DNA from: Dehalococcoidales bacterium
GTDB lineage: Bacteria; Chloroflexota; Dehalococcoidia; Dehalococcoidales; RBG-16-60-22
Length of the DNA: 36,431 bases
Assembly (NCBI GenBank): GCA_030628245.1
Contig: DAOVRI010000001.1
Coordinates: 1 to 36,431, forward strand
Reading direction: 5' to 3'
The notes under the pieces are model-generated. The model was not told where the DNA came from and ran no database searches. It saw only the letters and a list, made by a program, of their open reading frames with translations. Shown here piece by piece: positions 25,326 to 33,126 of this stretch (the first letter of the stretch is position 1; every line of letters begins with the position of its first letter). The translations under genes were made by a program, and so were the position numbers.

Positions 25326-26789
25326 TTAAAAGCATAGCTTACCCGGGTTCATCACGTTGTTGGGGTCGAATATTCCCTTAAGCTTCTTTAGTACCATCGT
25401 AGTCTGCGCATCCCGACCGTATGCCAGATCTGCCCAGATGCCATAGGGTCGCGAGAAGAAAGCCCCCTGCTCAATCAGCTCTTCACTGGCTATAGTCAGG
25501 AGCTGCTGCATCCTGGTTGCCTCTTCCGGATTGTCCCGGTCGAAGGGGAGGATAAACTCGCAATGGACATTGGCTCCCTGGTGCAGCGGCTGGATGTAAA
25601 CGCCGATATCCGAGGCCGGGTACCCGCTTGCTTCGGCCACCGAGTTCATTGTCTTGATAAATTCCGGCGTCCTGTTGAGGGTGGTCAGGAAGAGGATATC
25701 CTGGTATCCCCCCTTTAAGTCGAGTTTCCAGTAGGGCTCCCGGGACGGGTTGAGTATCGCTTTCAGTACTTCATCGCTCCCGGCTCCGGGGATTTCCGAC
25801 ACGAGCTGCTGGCCGAATTTCCCGGCAATATCCGCGATGTCCTTCTCCTGATACGCAACCCTTTCCTCGGGGAGTATACTGCGTCCGGCTATGCCCACCA
25901 GGACAACCCAGGGTGGGAGTTCTTTCATCAGGGCTTTGATATGGTCGGCTCCGTTTCCAAGGATAGCTGCCAGGCTCGCGTTGTTCAATAACAAAAGCTC
26001 GTCGGCAAATCTGAACTTCAGGAGCTGGTAAGTAAAATCAAGCAGGTCATCAGGCCTCTGGGCCGGCACGAAGAAGAGCTTGTGGAGGGCGGGTAATATC
26101 TCGCATTTTACCGATGCCCAGGTCACAATGCCCATGCTCCCCTGGGCGGCGGAAACAAACCTGTAGAAATCCGCCTGCCCCGGACCCGTAGCACCTGCCG
26201 GGGCCTGTTTCCTCTCCCAGGCCTCTTCAAATGAGGACCAGTTACCGGCGTCGCCGGTTACCAGCTTGTGACCGTCTCCCCAGATAATTTCATTACATCG
26301 CAACGGGTCGAGTGACGCCCACAGTTGCCGGGGAATCAGGGTAGGCTCCCTCTCCAGGAGACTGGCTACCACCGACTTGCTGGCCCGCGGGAGCAACGGC
26401 GTCGTAAGCCTCAGGCCTTCCCTGGCCAGTTCTGGCTGGAGTTCGGAGTAGGTTACCCCCGGCTCAACCATTGCCACCCTGTTTCTGCGGTCAATCCTCA
26501 TGACCTTCTTCATTCCGCTCAGGTCTACGATGACCGCTCCCGGTACGCCGGGAACAGTATCACCGTGGAAGCGCGGCGGCCCCGAACTCACCGGAACCAG
26601 CGGTGTGGCAGTCTGATTAGCCCACCTGACCAGCGCCTGAACCTCATCAGCGCTCCCGGGCTTTACCACTACCCGGGGTTTCACAGGTTTGACGAAGCTA
26701 AAATCCCTGGAATAGGCGTCCAACGTTTCAGGGTCATCAAAAACATTTTCCGAACTCACGATACCGGCCAATTCTTCTTTTAAAGCCAT
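25326..26789 (-). CDS. FAD-linked oxidase (GlcD-like), subunit 1 of trio 2 (paralog of 8936-10396)
   Basis: 487 aa. IVSSENVFDDPE, LEREPTLIP, and the C-terminal FDPNNVMNPGKLCF. SD GGAGGAAGG upstream. Confidence 0.85.
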   Translation of the reverse strand: MALKEELAGIVSSENVFDDPETLDAYSRDFSFVKPVKPRVVVKPGSADEVQALVRWANQTATPLVPVSSGPPRFHGDTVPGVPGAVIVDLSGMKKVMRIDRRNRVAMVEPGVTYSELQPELAREGLRLTTPLLPRASKSVVASLLEREPTLIPRQLWASLDPLRCNEIIWGDGHKLVTGDAGNWSSFEEAWERKQAPAGATGPGQADFYRFVSAAQGSMGIVTWASVKCEILPALHKLFFVPAQRPDDLLDFTYQLLKFRFADELLLLNNASLAAILGNGADHIKALMKELPPWVVLVGIAGRSILPEERVAYQEKDIADIAGKFGQQLVSEIPGAGSDEVLKAILNPSREPYWKLDLKGGYQDILFLTTLNRTPEFIKTMNSVAEASGYPASDIGVYIQPLHQGANVHCEFILPFDRDNPEEATRMQQLLTIASEELIEQGAFFSRPYGIWADLAYGRDAQTTMVLKKLKGIFDPNNVMNPGKLCF

Positions 26790-26964
26790 CCTTCCTCCGC
26801 CTACTCCTTTCAGATATTTAATGCCCTATTCTCAAGTCTTTATATGGTCTGTGATGGTCATTTTTAATCACGTTCATCTGCAGCGGGAGATACTTGACTG
26901 GACTGCAACAAAACGATAGTGTGGTGTTTTCGAGTACTTTTTGGACAAATGCTCAAGCTATGAA

Positions 26965-26994
26965 ATTGTACACACCGATATTGGTATTTGTCAA
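26965..26994 (-). promoter_or_regulatory. sigma70-like promoter candidate (TTGACA-18-TACAAT) for the trio 2 operon
   Basis: On the minus strand, TTGACA is at 26994-26989 and TACAAT at 26970-26965. Motif match only. Confidence 0.3.
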
Positions 26995-27052
26995 ACCACT
27001 TCATTCCGCCAACTGAAGTTAAAAATTAAGTAGAACCTGGCAATCAGATGGG

Positions 27053-27081
27053 TTGACCAGGTGACCTTGTGGGTTTATAAT
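27053..27081 (+). promoter_or_regulatory. sigma70-like promoter candidate (TTGACC-17-TATAAT) for the lipoprotein gene
   Basis: TTGACC at 27053-27058, an exact 17-nt spacer, and TATAAT at 27076-27081, about 40 nt upstream of the start codon. Confidence 0.45.
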
Positions 27082-27119
27082 TCATGTAATCTTAAAAAGT
27101 CACGTGGGAGGAAATGAAT

Positions 27120-27608
27120 ATGAAAGTAAAAGTAATTATGGCAGGTCTGATGGTTCTTCTGGCACTGTCCCTGCTCGCCTGCTCATCGGGGCCAACGGGA
27201 GACTCTACAGAGCCTGAAAAGCCCGCCACAAAGCCAAGTACAACCAGTTACGCAGCCGCGACCACTGTGGAGTTTTATACGTGTAACGATTTTGCGGATG
27301 AGCCAAATATCACGGATGAAATTGAATTTACAGCTAACAAGGGAGTAACGGTAATACTGTGCTCTAATCGGACAACCGGCTTCCAGTGGAATGAAGAGGC
27401 ACAGATAAGTGACACATCAGTAGTAGAGCAGACAGGCCATAGTTATGCCGCACCCTCTGCCAGCAAGGTTGGAGCTGCGGGAACGGAAAAGTTTGTCTTC
27501 ACGGGGGTCAACCCGGGCACGGCCACGGTATCTCTGGAATACAGCCGGGACTGGGAAGGCGGCGAGAAGGCCGAATGGACATGTACCCTGACCATCACTG
27601 TGAAGTAG
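27120..27608 (+). CDS. lipoprotein, chagasin/ICP-like (MEROPS I42) cysteine-peptidase inhibitor
   Basis: Signal peptide with lipobox LSLLAC. NRTTGFQW, GAAGT and SRDWEG resemble the three chagasin loop motifs (NPTTG, GxGG, RPW). The ATG at 27120 is 8 nt from GGGAGG; the ATG at 27114 is only 2 nt away. Confidence 0.6.
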   Translation: MKVKVIMAGLMVLLALSLLACSSGPTGDSTEPEKPATKPSTTSYAAATTVEFYTCNDFADEPNITDEIEFTANKGVTVILCSNRTTGFQWNEEAQISDTSVVEQTGHSYAAPSASKVGAAGTEKFVFTGVNPGTATVSLEYSRDWEGGEKAEWTCTLTITVK

Positions 27609-27632
27609 GTAGCTTTCAGGAGTAGTAATAAC

Positions 27633-27679
27633 GGCAAAATGCTGGGGCCCCTGAATAAGAGGTTCCCCAGCATTTTGCC
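27633..27679. terminator. bidirectional hairpin terminator between convergent genes
   Basis: Perfect 15-bp inverted repeat GGCAAAATGCTGGGG / CCCCAGCATTTTGCC with a 17-nt loop, located between the lipoprotein stop (27608) and the UbiD stop (27701). The U-tracts are weak. Confidence 0.55.
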
Positions 27680-27700
27680 TGTATAACCCATGTTGTACTG

Positions 27701-29155
27701 TTACAGGTTGTATTCCTTCCATCTCCTCTTCACCAGTTCCTCGGTCTCCGGCCGAGAATAGTGACATTTCGGAGGAAATCTCTGATTACCCCACTCCGCG
27801 CGCACGGGGTGGAGCTCCCAATCCGTAGTGGCATCGATCAGTAGTTTACTGGCTACGGCCGCCCCGTATTCAAGTTCCGCCCTCAGGTCATAGGCGACGC
27901 TGACGTCAATAGGCGACCCCATATATAAGGGGTAGACAACCAGGTCCCTGTCAAAATCCACCTTATTGTGCATGGCGCCCATGAGCGCCGCGGGGTTGCG
28001 AATGTCCACATCCTCTTCCACTACCATCAATATATTGAAGGGGTGACCGGCGAACTTGGAGCCCCATAAGGCAGCGGCTATTTGCCTCGGCTGTCCCTGA
28101 TACGTTTTATGAATTTTAACCGCTGATATCGGCCCCGTGGTAACATCAAGCACTCCGGGAATTTCGTGGGCTTCCAGGGTATTCCAGTTAACCACCGACA
28201 TCATAGTACTGACGGCTGCCCTTATCTCGGTAACGCCTTCTCTGGTACCCACCAGAGAACCACGGTAAATGGCATCGTTTCTGTGGGTGATGCAGCTGAC
28301 TTCCACCACCGGTCTCTTTCTCGCTTCCCCGTAAAACCCTGACCCCTCACCGAAGGGCCCTTCTATTTCGTAAGTGCTTGGGTCAGGGGACATAGTGCCC
28401 TCAACCACTATTTCGGCGGATGCGGGCACTTCAATATCGGAAGTCTCACATTTAACAAGCTCGACAGGCTCCTGCCTCAGCGCCCCGACCAGTTCATACT
28501 CAGGCCCGATAACAGGGCTGCCGGCGACAACTATTAAGGTGGGGTCCCAGCCGTAGACGAATGCCACGGGCATGGGTTTGCCCATCTCCTGGTACTTACT
28601 ATAAGTGATACCCCAGTCCTTCATTGGCATCAAAAGCACGCCTATCTTGTTCTTACTTAATATCGTGCCCCGGTAAACACCTGCATTGTTTTGCCCGGTA
28701 TCGGGGTTCCTAGTGACGGTAGCGTTAAATGTGTTGATATAGCGTCCGTTATCAAGCGGGTGCCACTTGGGGACCGGGAGCTGGAAAAGGTCCACGTCTT
28801 CACCCTTAACGATGTTTTCCTTGACCGGCCCCGTTTTGACCTTCACCGTCTCCAAAGGCTTCTTCATCCTGTTTCTAATCGTCTGAATAGTCTCTGTAGT
28901 GGGCGTATCTTTGGGCAGGCCGAGCATGAGGTTGACACGGGAGCGCGTTCCCAGGCCATTGGTAAAAAGCTTTCTGGAAAGCGTAGCTTCGTGGTCTTTG
29001 ATATTCTCAAATAGAAGCGCCGGGCCTTCTTGTACATAGACCTTTCTTATGATTTGAGATATCTCGTCATCCCAGTCCACCCTGGCTGTTACTCTCTTTA
29101 ACTCACCCTCAGCATCCAGCTGGGCCATCCATGCTCGCAAGTCTCTATCTGGCAC
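27701..29155 (-). CDS. UbiD-family (prFMN-dependent) reversible aromatic/enoic acid decarboxylase
   Basis: 484 aa with a GTG start 8 nt after AGGAGG. Shows the UbiD layout and the characteristic EGPFGEGSGFYG block. Confidence 0.9.
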   Translation of the reverse strand: MPDRDLRAWMAQLDAEGELKRVTARVDWDDEISQIIRKVYVQEGPALLFENIKDHEATLSRKLFTNGLGTRSRVNLMLGLPKDTPTTETIQTIRNRMKKPLETVKVKTGPVKENIVKGEDVDLFQLPVPKWHPLDNGRYINTFNATVTRNPDTGQNNAGVYRGTILSKNKIGVLLMPMKDWGITYSKYQEMGKPMPVAFVYGWDPTLIVVAGSPVIGPEYELVGALRQEPVELVKCETSDIEVPASAEIVVEGTMSPDPSTYEIEGPFGEGSGFYGEARKRPVVEVSCITHRNDAIYRGSLVGTREGVTEIRAAVSTMMSVVNWNTLEAHEIPGVLDVTTGPISAVKIHKTYQGQPRQIAAALWGSKFAGHPFNILMVVEEDVDIRNPAALMGAMHNKVDFDRDLVVYPLYMGSPIDVSVAYDLRAELEYGAAVASKLLIDATTDWELHPVRAEWGNQRFPPKCHYSRPETEELVKRRWKEYNL

Positions 29156-29198
29156 TGTTTTACCTCCTGAAATATGAAAATCTCAACCCGTTAAGAAC

Positions 29199-30533
29199 CT
29201 ATTTATATATACCGTATTCCTTGGTAAAATCAATCATTGCTTTAAGGTTTTCTGGCTTGACCCTGTCAATGGCAGCCCCATTGGCCATGATATAACCGCC
29301 GCCGGGGGCGCAGGTATCGATGAGCTGGCGGCATCTTTCCTTCACCTGCTCGGTTGTGCCGGTAATCAGCAGCGAGGAAGACACGTTGCCACTTATGCAG
29401 GCAACATCACCCAGTATTTTCTTCACCCTGGCCATGTCTGTCACGTCGAACGTCCATGCAGTCTTGGCTTTAGGCACGTCCCTGATAACTTCCAGACGCG
29501 AGTTATAGCTGCCCTCAACAAAGGGAAACGGTACGCAGCCCTCTTCAATCAAGCCCATGAAAACCTTTCTCAAGGTGGGCCAGTAGTAGGTCTTGAACTG
29601 TTCATCGGAGAGGAAACCGTCGGCCCCTTTATGCAGCGGCATAAACACCAGGGGATTTCCGTTCATCTTTGACATGGACACCCCCATCTTAATCATGAAC
29701 GGCGTTATTACCTCCAGAGCCTGGAGGAGTTTGGCGGGCTGCCGATACATATCCACCATTACCCCTTTGGTGCCTCTGAGAGTATCACCAATAACATCAA
29801 AAGGTGCCTTGGCAAGGCCACCGAGGAAGCCGGGAAATCCGGCGGCGGCCATCTCATGACTGAAACCACTGACAACCCCCATCCATTTCATGGTTTCAGC
29901 CCCTGCCTCAAAAAGAGTTTTATAGGCAGCCTGAACGTCGGGCATAGCGAACGGCATGACAAAAGCACCGAACGAACCCTCCTGGACGTTGGTGGGACTT
30001 TGCAGCATCTTCAAGGGCTCCAGGGCTCCGCATATGCGAGGTAAGTAGGTGCTGTTCCAGAAATGTGACGGGTCCTGAATCAAGGCCTCATATTCATCCG
30101 CCATCATGTATTCGCCTTCAATGCACTGGTAGGTATTTTCGGGCGCGACTCCATGCCCGGGCCAGGCATATAACTTGACGTCAAGAATTTCAAAGAGCCT
30201 TCCCGAGCCAGCGAAAAACGCGCCTGGGTTCACATCCGGCTCGAAGTCCAGGACGTATTTCCTGATGGTGGTGGTGAGCTTTTCGTAGTCATACATCATA
30301 TCATGAGGGGTCAGGCCTGCATAGTAAGCGGGGAAAAAGTTAACAATGTTAAAGATAGGCACCCTGTCCGGCGTTTTCTTCAACTGGACCGCATCTTTTA
30401 CCCGTGTTACTCTCTCCTTGTATGACTTCTCGGCCTCGGGGCTGGTAAACTCTATGCCCTGTGGCGAAAGCCACGAATCAAACATCGCCTCCTGCTTTTC
30501 ATCCAGTAATAACCCCGCCTGTTGCTCTTCCAT
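29199..30533 (-). CDS. uroporphyrinogen-decarboxylase (URO-D) fold protein, either MtaA/CmuA-like methyltransferase or decarboxylase
   Basis: 444 aa. N-terminal PDRVPIF motif and C-terminal PGGGYIMANGAAID block, both typical of the URO-D family. SD GGGAGG upstream. Lies 43 nt upstream of the UbiD gene. Confidence 0.7.
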   Translation of the reverse strand: MEEQQAGLLLDEKQEAMFDSWLSPQGIEFTSPEAEKSYKERVTRVKDAVQLKKTPDRVPIFNIVNFFPAYYAGLTPHDMMYDYEKLTTTIRKYVLDFEPDVNPGAFFAGSGRLFEILDVKLYAWPGHGVAPENTYQCIEGEYMMADEYEALIQDPSHFWNSTYLPRICGALEPLKMLQSPTNVQEGSFGAFVMPFAMPDVQAAYKTLFEAGAETMKWMGVVSGFSHEMAAAGFPGFLGGLAKAPFDVIGDTLRGTKGVMVDMYRQPAKLLQALEVITPFMIKMGVSMSKMNGNPLVFMPLHKGADGFLSDEQFKTYYWPTLRKVFMGLIEEGCVPFPFVEGSYNSRLEVIRDVPKAKTAWTFDVTDMARVKKILGDVACISGNVSSSLLITGTTEQVKERCRQLIDTCAPGGGYIMANGAAIDRVKPENLKAMIDFTKEYGIYK

Positions 30534-30678
30534 TTTTGTTTACCTCCCGTACATTTTTTGCAGGGATTTTTTACTTAACGCCTGCCCCTTTTTCGGCAAG
30601 CAATACCACTAATACTACGAGGCCCGGGATAATGCACTCTCCACTGGCAAAACGGCTTCCTGCATCGCCCTTGTCAGA

Positions 30679-30707
30679 ATATTACATAGGCGGCACCTGG
30701 CTGTCAA
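30679..30707 (-). promoter_or_regulatory. sigma70-like promoter candidate (TTGACA-17-TAATAT) for the URO-D-like/UbiD operon
   Basis: On the minus strand, TTGACA is at 30707-30702 and TAATAT at 30684-30679. Motif match only. Confidence 0.35.
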
Positions 30708-30830
30708 TTCTCCATCCCAGAGCCAGGCATTAGCCACCCGAGAGGCGGGCCATACACCACCATCTATAATAGTTATCGACTGTCATTACCGGCCAAGCGC
30801 CCCAGTCGATACATAGTTTGATTAACTCTA

Positions 30831-30872
30831 TGAAAGAAAAGGCTCCGGAGGCAGTAAACCCTCCGAAGCCTT
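30831..30872 (-). terminator. Rho-independent terminator after dctP
   Basis: The minus-strand RNA forms a 13-bp stem AAGGCUUCGGAGG / CCUCCGGAGCCUU (one G-U pair) with an 8-nt loop, followed by UUUUCUUUCA. It begins 26 nt after the dctP stop. Confidence 0.7.
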
Positions 30873-30897
30873 TCTATCCCGCTAATAGTCTGAAGGC

Positions 30898-32082
30898 TTA
30901 TTTCTGAGTGGTATATTCTTCTATCAGAGACTTCCAGGTCGCGAGGACCCTGTCGGTAACCTCTTCGCTGTAACCCAGGTCATGACACATATCTGCCCAG
31001 GTAGGAAACGCGTATGTTACAGCTGCTTCATCCCACAGGGCCGACTGCTCCGGGGTGGGGGTGTTGATAGTGATGCCCGATTCTATAATAGCGGGTTCAC
31101 TATGTACGGTCTCGTCATACATACCCTGGGCGCATACTATCAAGGCATCTTCCCAAGTAGCATCGAATATCGCCTGGTCTTCCGGCGGCAGGGAGTCATA
31201 GAATTCGTGGCTCGTCAGGATGAGCAGGGTCCCGGCGCCGAAGGTCTGTTTCAAGATGTAGTCACAAAGTTCGAACATGTTGTAAGGGCCTATCATGGCA
31301 TAGGTCATGATAGCGGCATCGGTTACCCCTTTCTGCATGTTATCGTACGCCTGAGGAGGTATCTGGAAGACGCCGGCAGCGCCGAAAGCACTCATCATAT
31401 CTGCCAGAGCGCCCAGTGCCCCGCCGACCTTGAGGCCTTCAAGGTCTTCCGGCACGATTACCTCTTTATTCGCACTAATAAGGTAACCCGGGTCTATTGC
31501 AAGGGCTTTAATCAAATGATAGGGTTCGAACTCGGCTGCAACTTCCGGTACCTTATAGAATTCTTTCACGGCATCGAATGATGCGAGGAACTCCTCCATG
31601 CTAACACCCTTCTTGTGAAACGACAGCGTGGGGAGATCGCCAACCGCGGCTAATGGGAAATCGGCCATTTTGCTTCCGGTAGAGGTCATGACGATTTCAC
31701 AGACACCTTGTTTTACCGCGTCCAGAGAGCCTGCATCGTCTAATAAGGCCGAAAATCCATAAGTCTCCACGATGTAGCGACCGTCCGTCCGTTTCTCAAA
31801 CTCATCCGCCCACCACTCGTAGCCCACACCTACGGCTGAAAACGGGGGCATCGTGTAGTTAAATTTAATCGTCCTGACCTCTGGCGCTGGTGCTGGTTCC
31901 GGTGCCGGAGCTGGTGCTGGCTTTTCTGGTTCCGGAGCTGGTGCTGGAGCTGGTGCTGGCTTTTCCGGTGCTGGTGCTGGTGCCGGGGCTGGTGCCGGGG
32001 CTGGCTCGGCACAGGCAGACAGTAGCAGCGATGCCAGTAAAACTACAGTGAGTACTGCAATCATCCAGTTTCTTTTCTTCAT
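30898..32082 (-). CDS. dctP: TRAP transporter solute-binding protein (DctP-type), lipoprotein with Pro-Ala-rich tether
   Basis: 394 aa. Signal peptide with lipobox LLSAC, a 44-residue (PA)n/EK linker, then a DctP-like periplasmic-binding domain. SD AAGGAGG upstream. Divergent from dctQM. Confidence 0.8.
   Translation of the reverse strand: MKKRNWMIAVLTVVLLASLLLSACAEPAPAPAPAPAPAPEKPAPAPAPAPEPEKPAPAPAPEPAPAPEVRTIKFNYTMPPFSAVGVGYEWWADEFEKRTDGRYIVETYGFSALLDDAGSLDAVKQGVCEIVMTSTGSKMADFPLAAVGDLPTLSFHKKGVSMEEFLASFDAVKEFYKVPEVAAEFEPYHLIKALAIDPGYLISANKEVIVPEDLEGLKVGGALGALADMMSAFGAAGVFQIPPQAYDNMQKGVTDAAIMTYAMIGPYNMFELCDYILKQTFGAGTLLILTSHEFYDSLPPEDQAIFDATWEDALIVCAQGMYDETVHSEPAIIESGITINTPTPEQSALWDEAAVTYAFPTWADMCHDLGYSEEVTDRVLATWKSLIEEYTTQK
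31879..32010 (-). repeat. in-frame GC-rich tandem repeat encoding the Pro-Ala(-Glu-Lys) linker of DctP
   Basis: The plus strand shows reiterated GCTGGTGCTGG units, including two near-identical GGAGCTGGTGCTGGCTTTTC(T/C)GG copies. It translates to AEPAPAPAPAPAPAPEKPAPAPAPAPEPEKPAPAPAPEPAPAPE. Confidence 0.85.
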
Positions 32083-32209
32083 TTTTCCTCCTTTTCAGTT
32101 AAGTTAAAATTTATATAGCTGCTCACACGGCTATACATTTACACTTCAACACCTCCTTTTGCTAGATTTAAATTTAAAAATAGAATGGATATGTTAAGTT
32201 AATTCACAC

Positions 32210-32237
32210 TTTATAATTTATTTCCTATTTCTGTCAA
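32210..32237 (-). promoter_or_regulatory. sigma70-like promoter candidate (TTGACA-16-TATAAA) for dctP
   Basis: On the minus strand, TTGACA is at 32237-32232 and TATAAA at 32215-32210. Motif match only. Confidence 0.3.
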
Positions 32238-32362
32238 CCCCTATTCAGCCTCCTGTGTAAATAGCATCGTAAAATTCGAAAAATACGTATGGTACAATCT
32301 GAGAGAGGTAGGGGGGTAGGGTATACGTGACCGGGCTGCCATCGCAGAAGTTGCAGGAGGTC

Positions 32363-32392
32363 TTGCTTATTTTATGGGGCGGGGTGTATAAT
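32363..32392 (+). promoter_or_regulatory. sigma70-like promoter candidate (TTGCTT-18-TATAAT) for dctQM
   Basis: TTGCTT at 32363-32368 and TATAAT at 32387-32392. This would leave a leader of about 200 nt. Motif match only. Confidence 0.3.
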
Positions 32393-32598
32393 TTCGTCAA
32401 CCAGCCAATTTATGTATTTTAGCAACAAGAAATGAGGTATATCAGTATATAAAAAAATATGAAGAGGCTTTACCTGTCACTGCGTAATCCGTCCCCCGGT
32501 GACGTTGAATATTCTTAGTCTACTTAGTATATTAATGAGGAACTCTGCTATATTCTCCCAGCCCGACCCGTCCAATAACATGCGATACAGGAGGTGAG

Positions 32599-33126
32599 TT
32601 GCTACAGCAAGAGGAGCGAGTATTATTACGACATGGTAAGGTAATACTGATAATTAGCAGGGTGATGGCGGTAATTGCGGCCGGAGTGCTCGGTGTCATG
32701 ATGATTCTCACCGTTGCCGATGTAGCCGGCCGCAATCTTTTTCTTAAACCGATAGAGGGTACCTACGAACTAGTCGGCATTATGCTGGTGATAGCCGGCT
32801 CCCTGGGGCTGGGCTATTGCCAGCTTAATCTGGGGAATATCAGGATTACGGTATTATCTGACCTCTTCTCCGCCAGAGGGCAAGCTATCATTTTTCTCGT
32901 TGCTTATATTATAGCCGCCGTGACAACCGGCATGGTATGCTGGCAGGGGGGAATAAGAGCCTGGGACTATATCTTTAAAACGCTTGGCGGTATTATAGTA
33001 ACTTTACGTTTACCGTTATGGCCCTTCATGATGCTGCTGGCTGTAGGTTTCGGCTGGGCATGTATAATATTTCTGATTGATATTTATCTCACGGCTAAAG
33101 AGGTATTCAGGCATGGGTCAGACTGA
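32599..33126 (+). CDS. dctQ: TRAP transporter small permease (DctQ-type)
   Basis: 175 aa with a TTG start just after AGGAGG. Four hydrophobic segments. Its end overlaps the dctM start. Confidence 0.75.
   Translation: MLQQEERVLLRHGKVILIISRVMAVIAAGVLGVMMILTVADVAGRNLFLKPIEGTYELVGIMLVIAGSLGLGYCQLNLGNIRITVLSDLFSARGQAIIFLVAYIIAAVTTGMVCWQGGIRAWDYIFKTLGGIIVTLRLPLWPFMMLLAVGFGWACIIFLIDIYLTAKEVFRHGSD

Noticed and set aside
30982-31581. 199-aa plus-strand ORF
   Set aside because: It is antisense to dctP. The minus-strand product has a signal peptide, a lipobox and a DctP-like domain.
31860-32012. Short GC-rich tandem repeats, considered as a possible CRISPR array or microsatellite
   Set aside because: The units are about 6-23 nt with no spacers, and they lie in frame inside dctP, encoding the Pro-Ala linker. 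This is not a CRISPR array.
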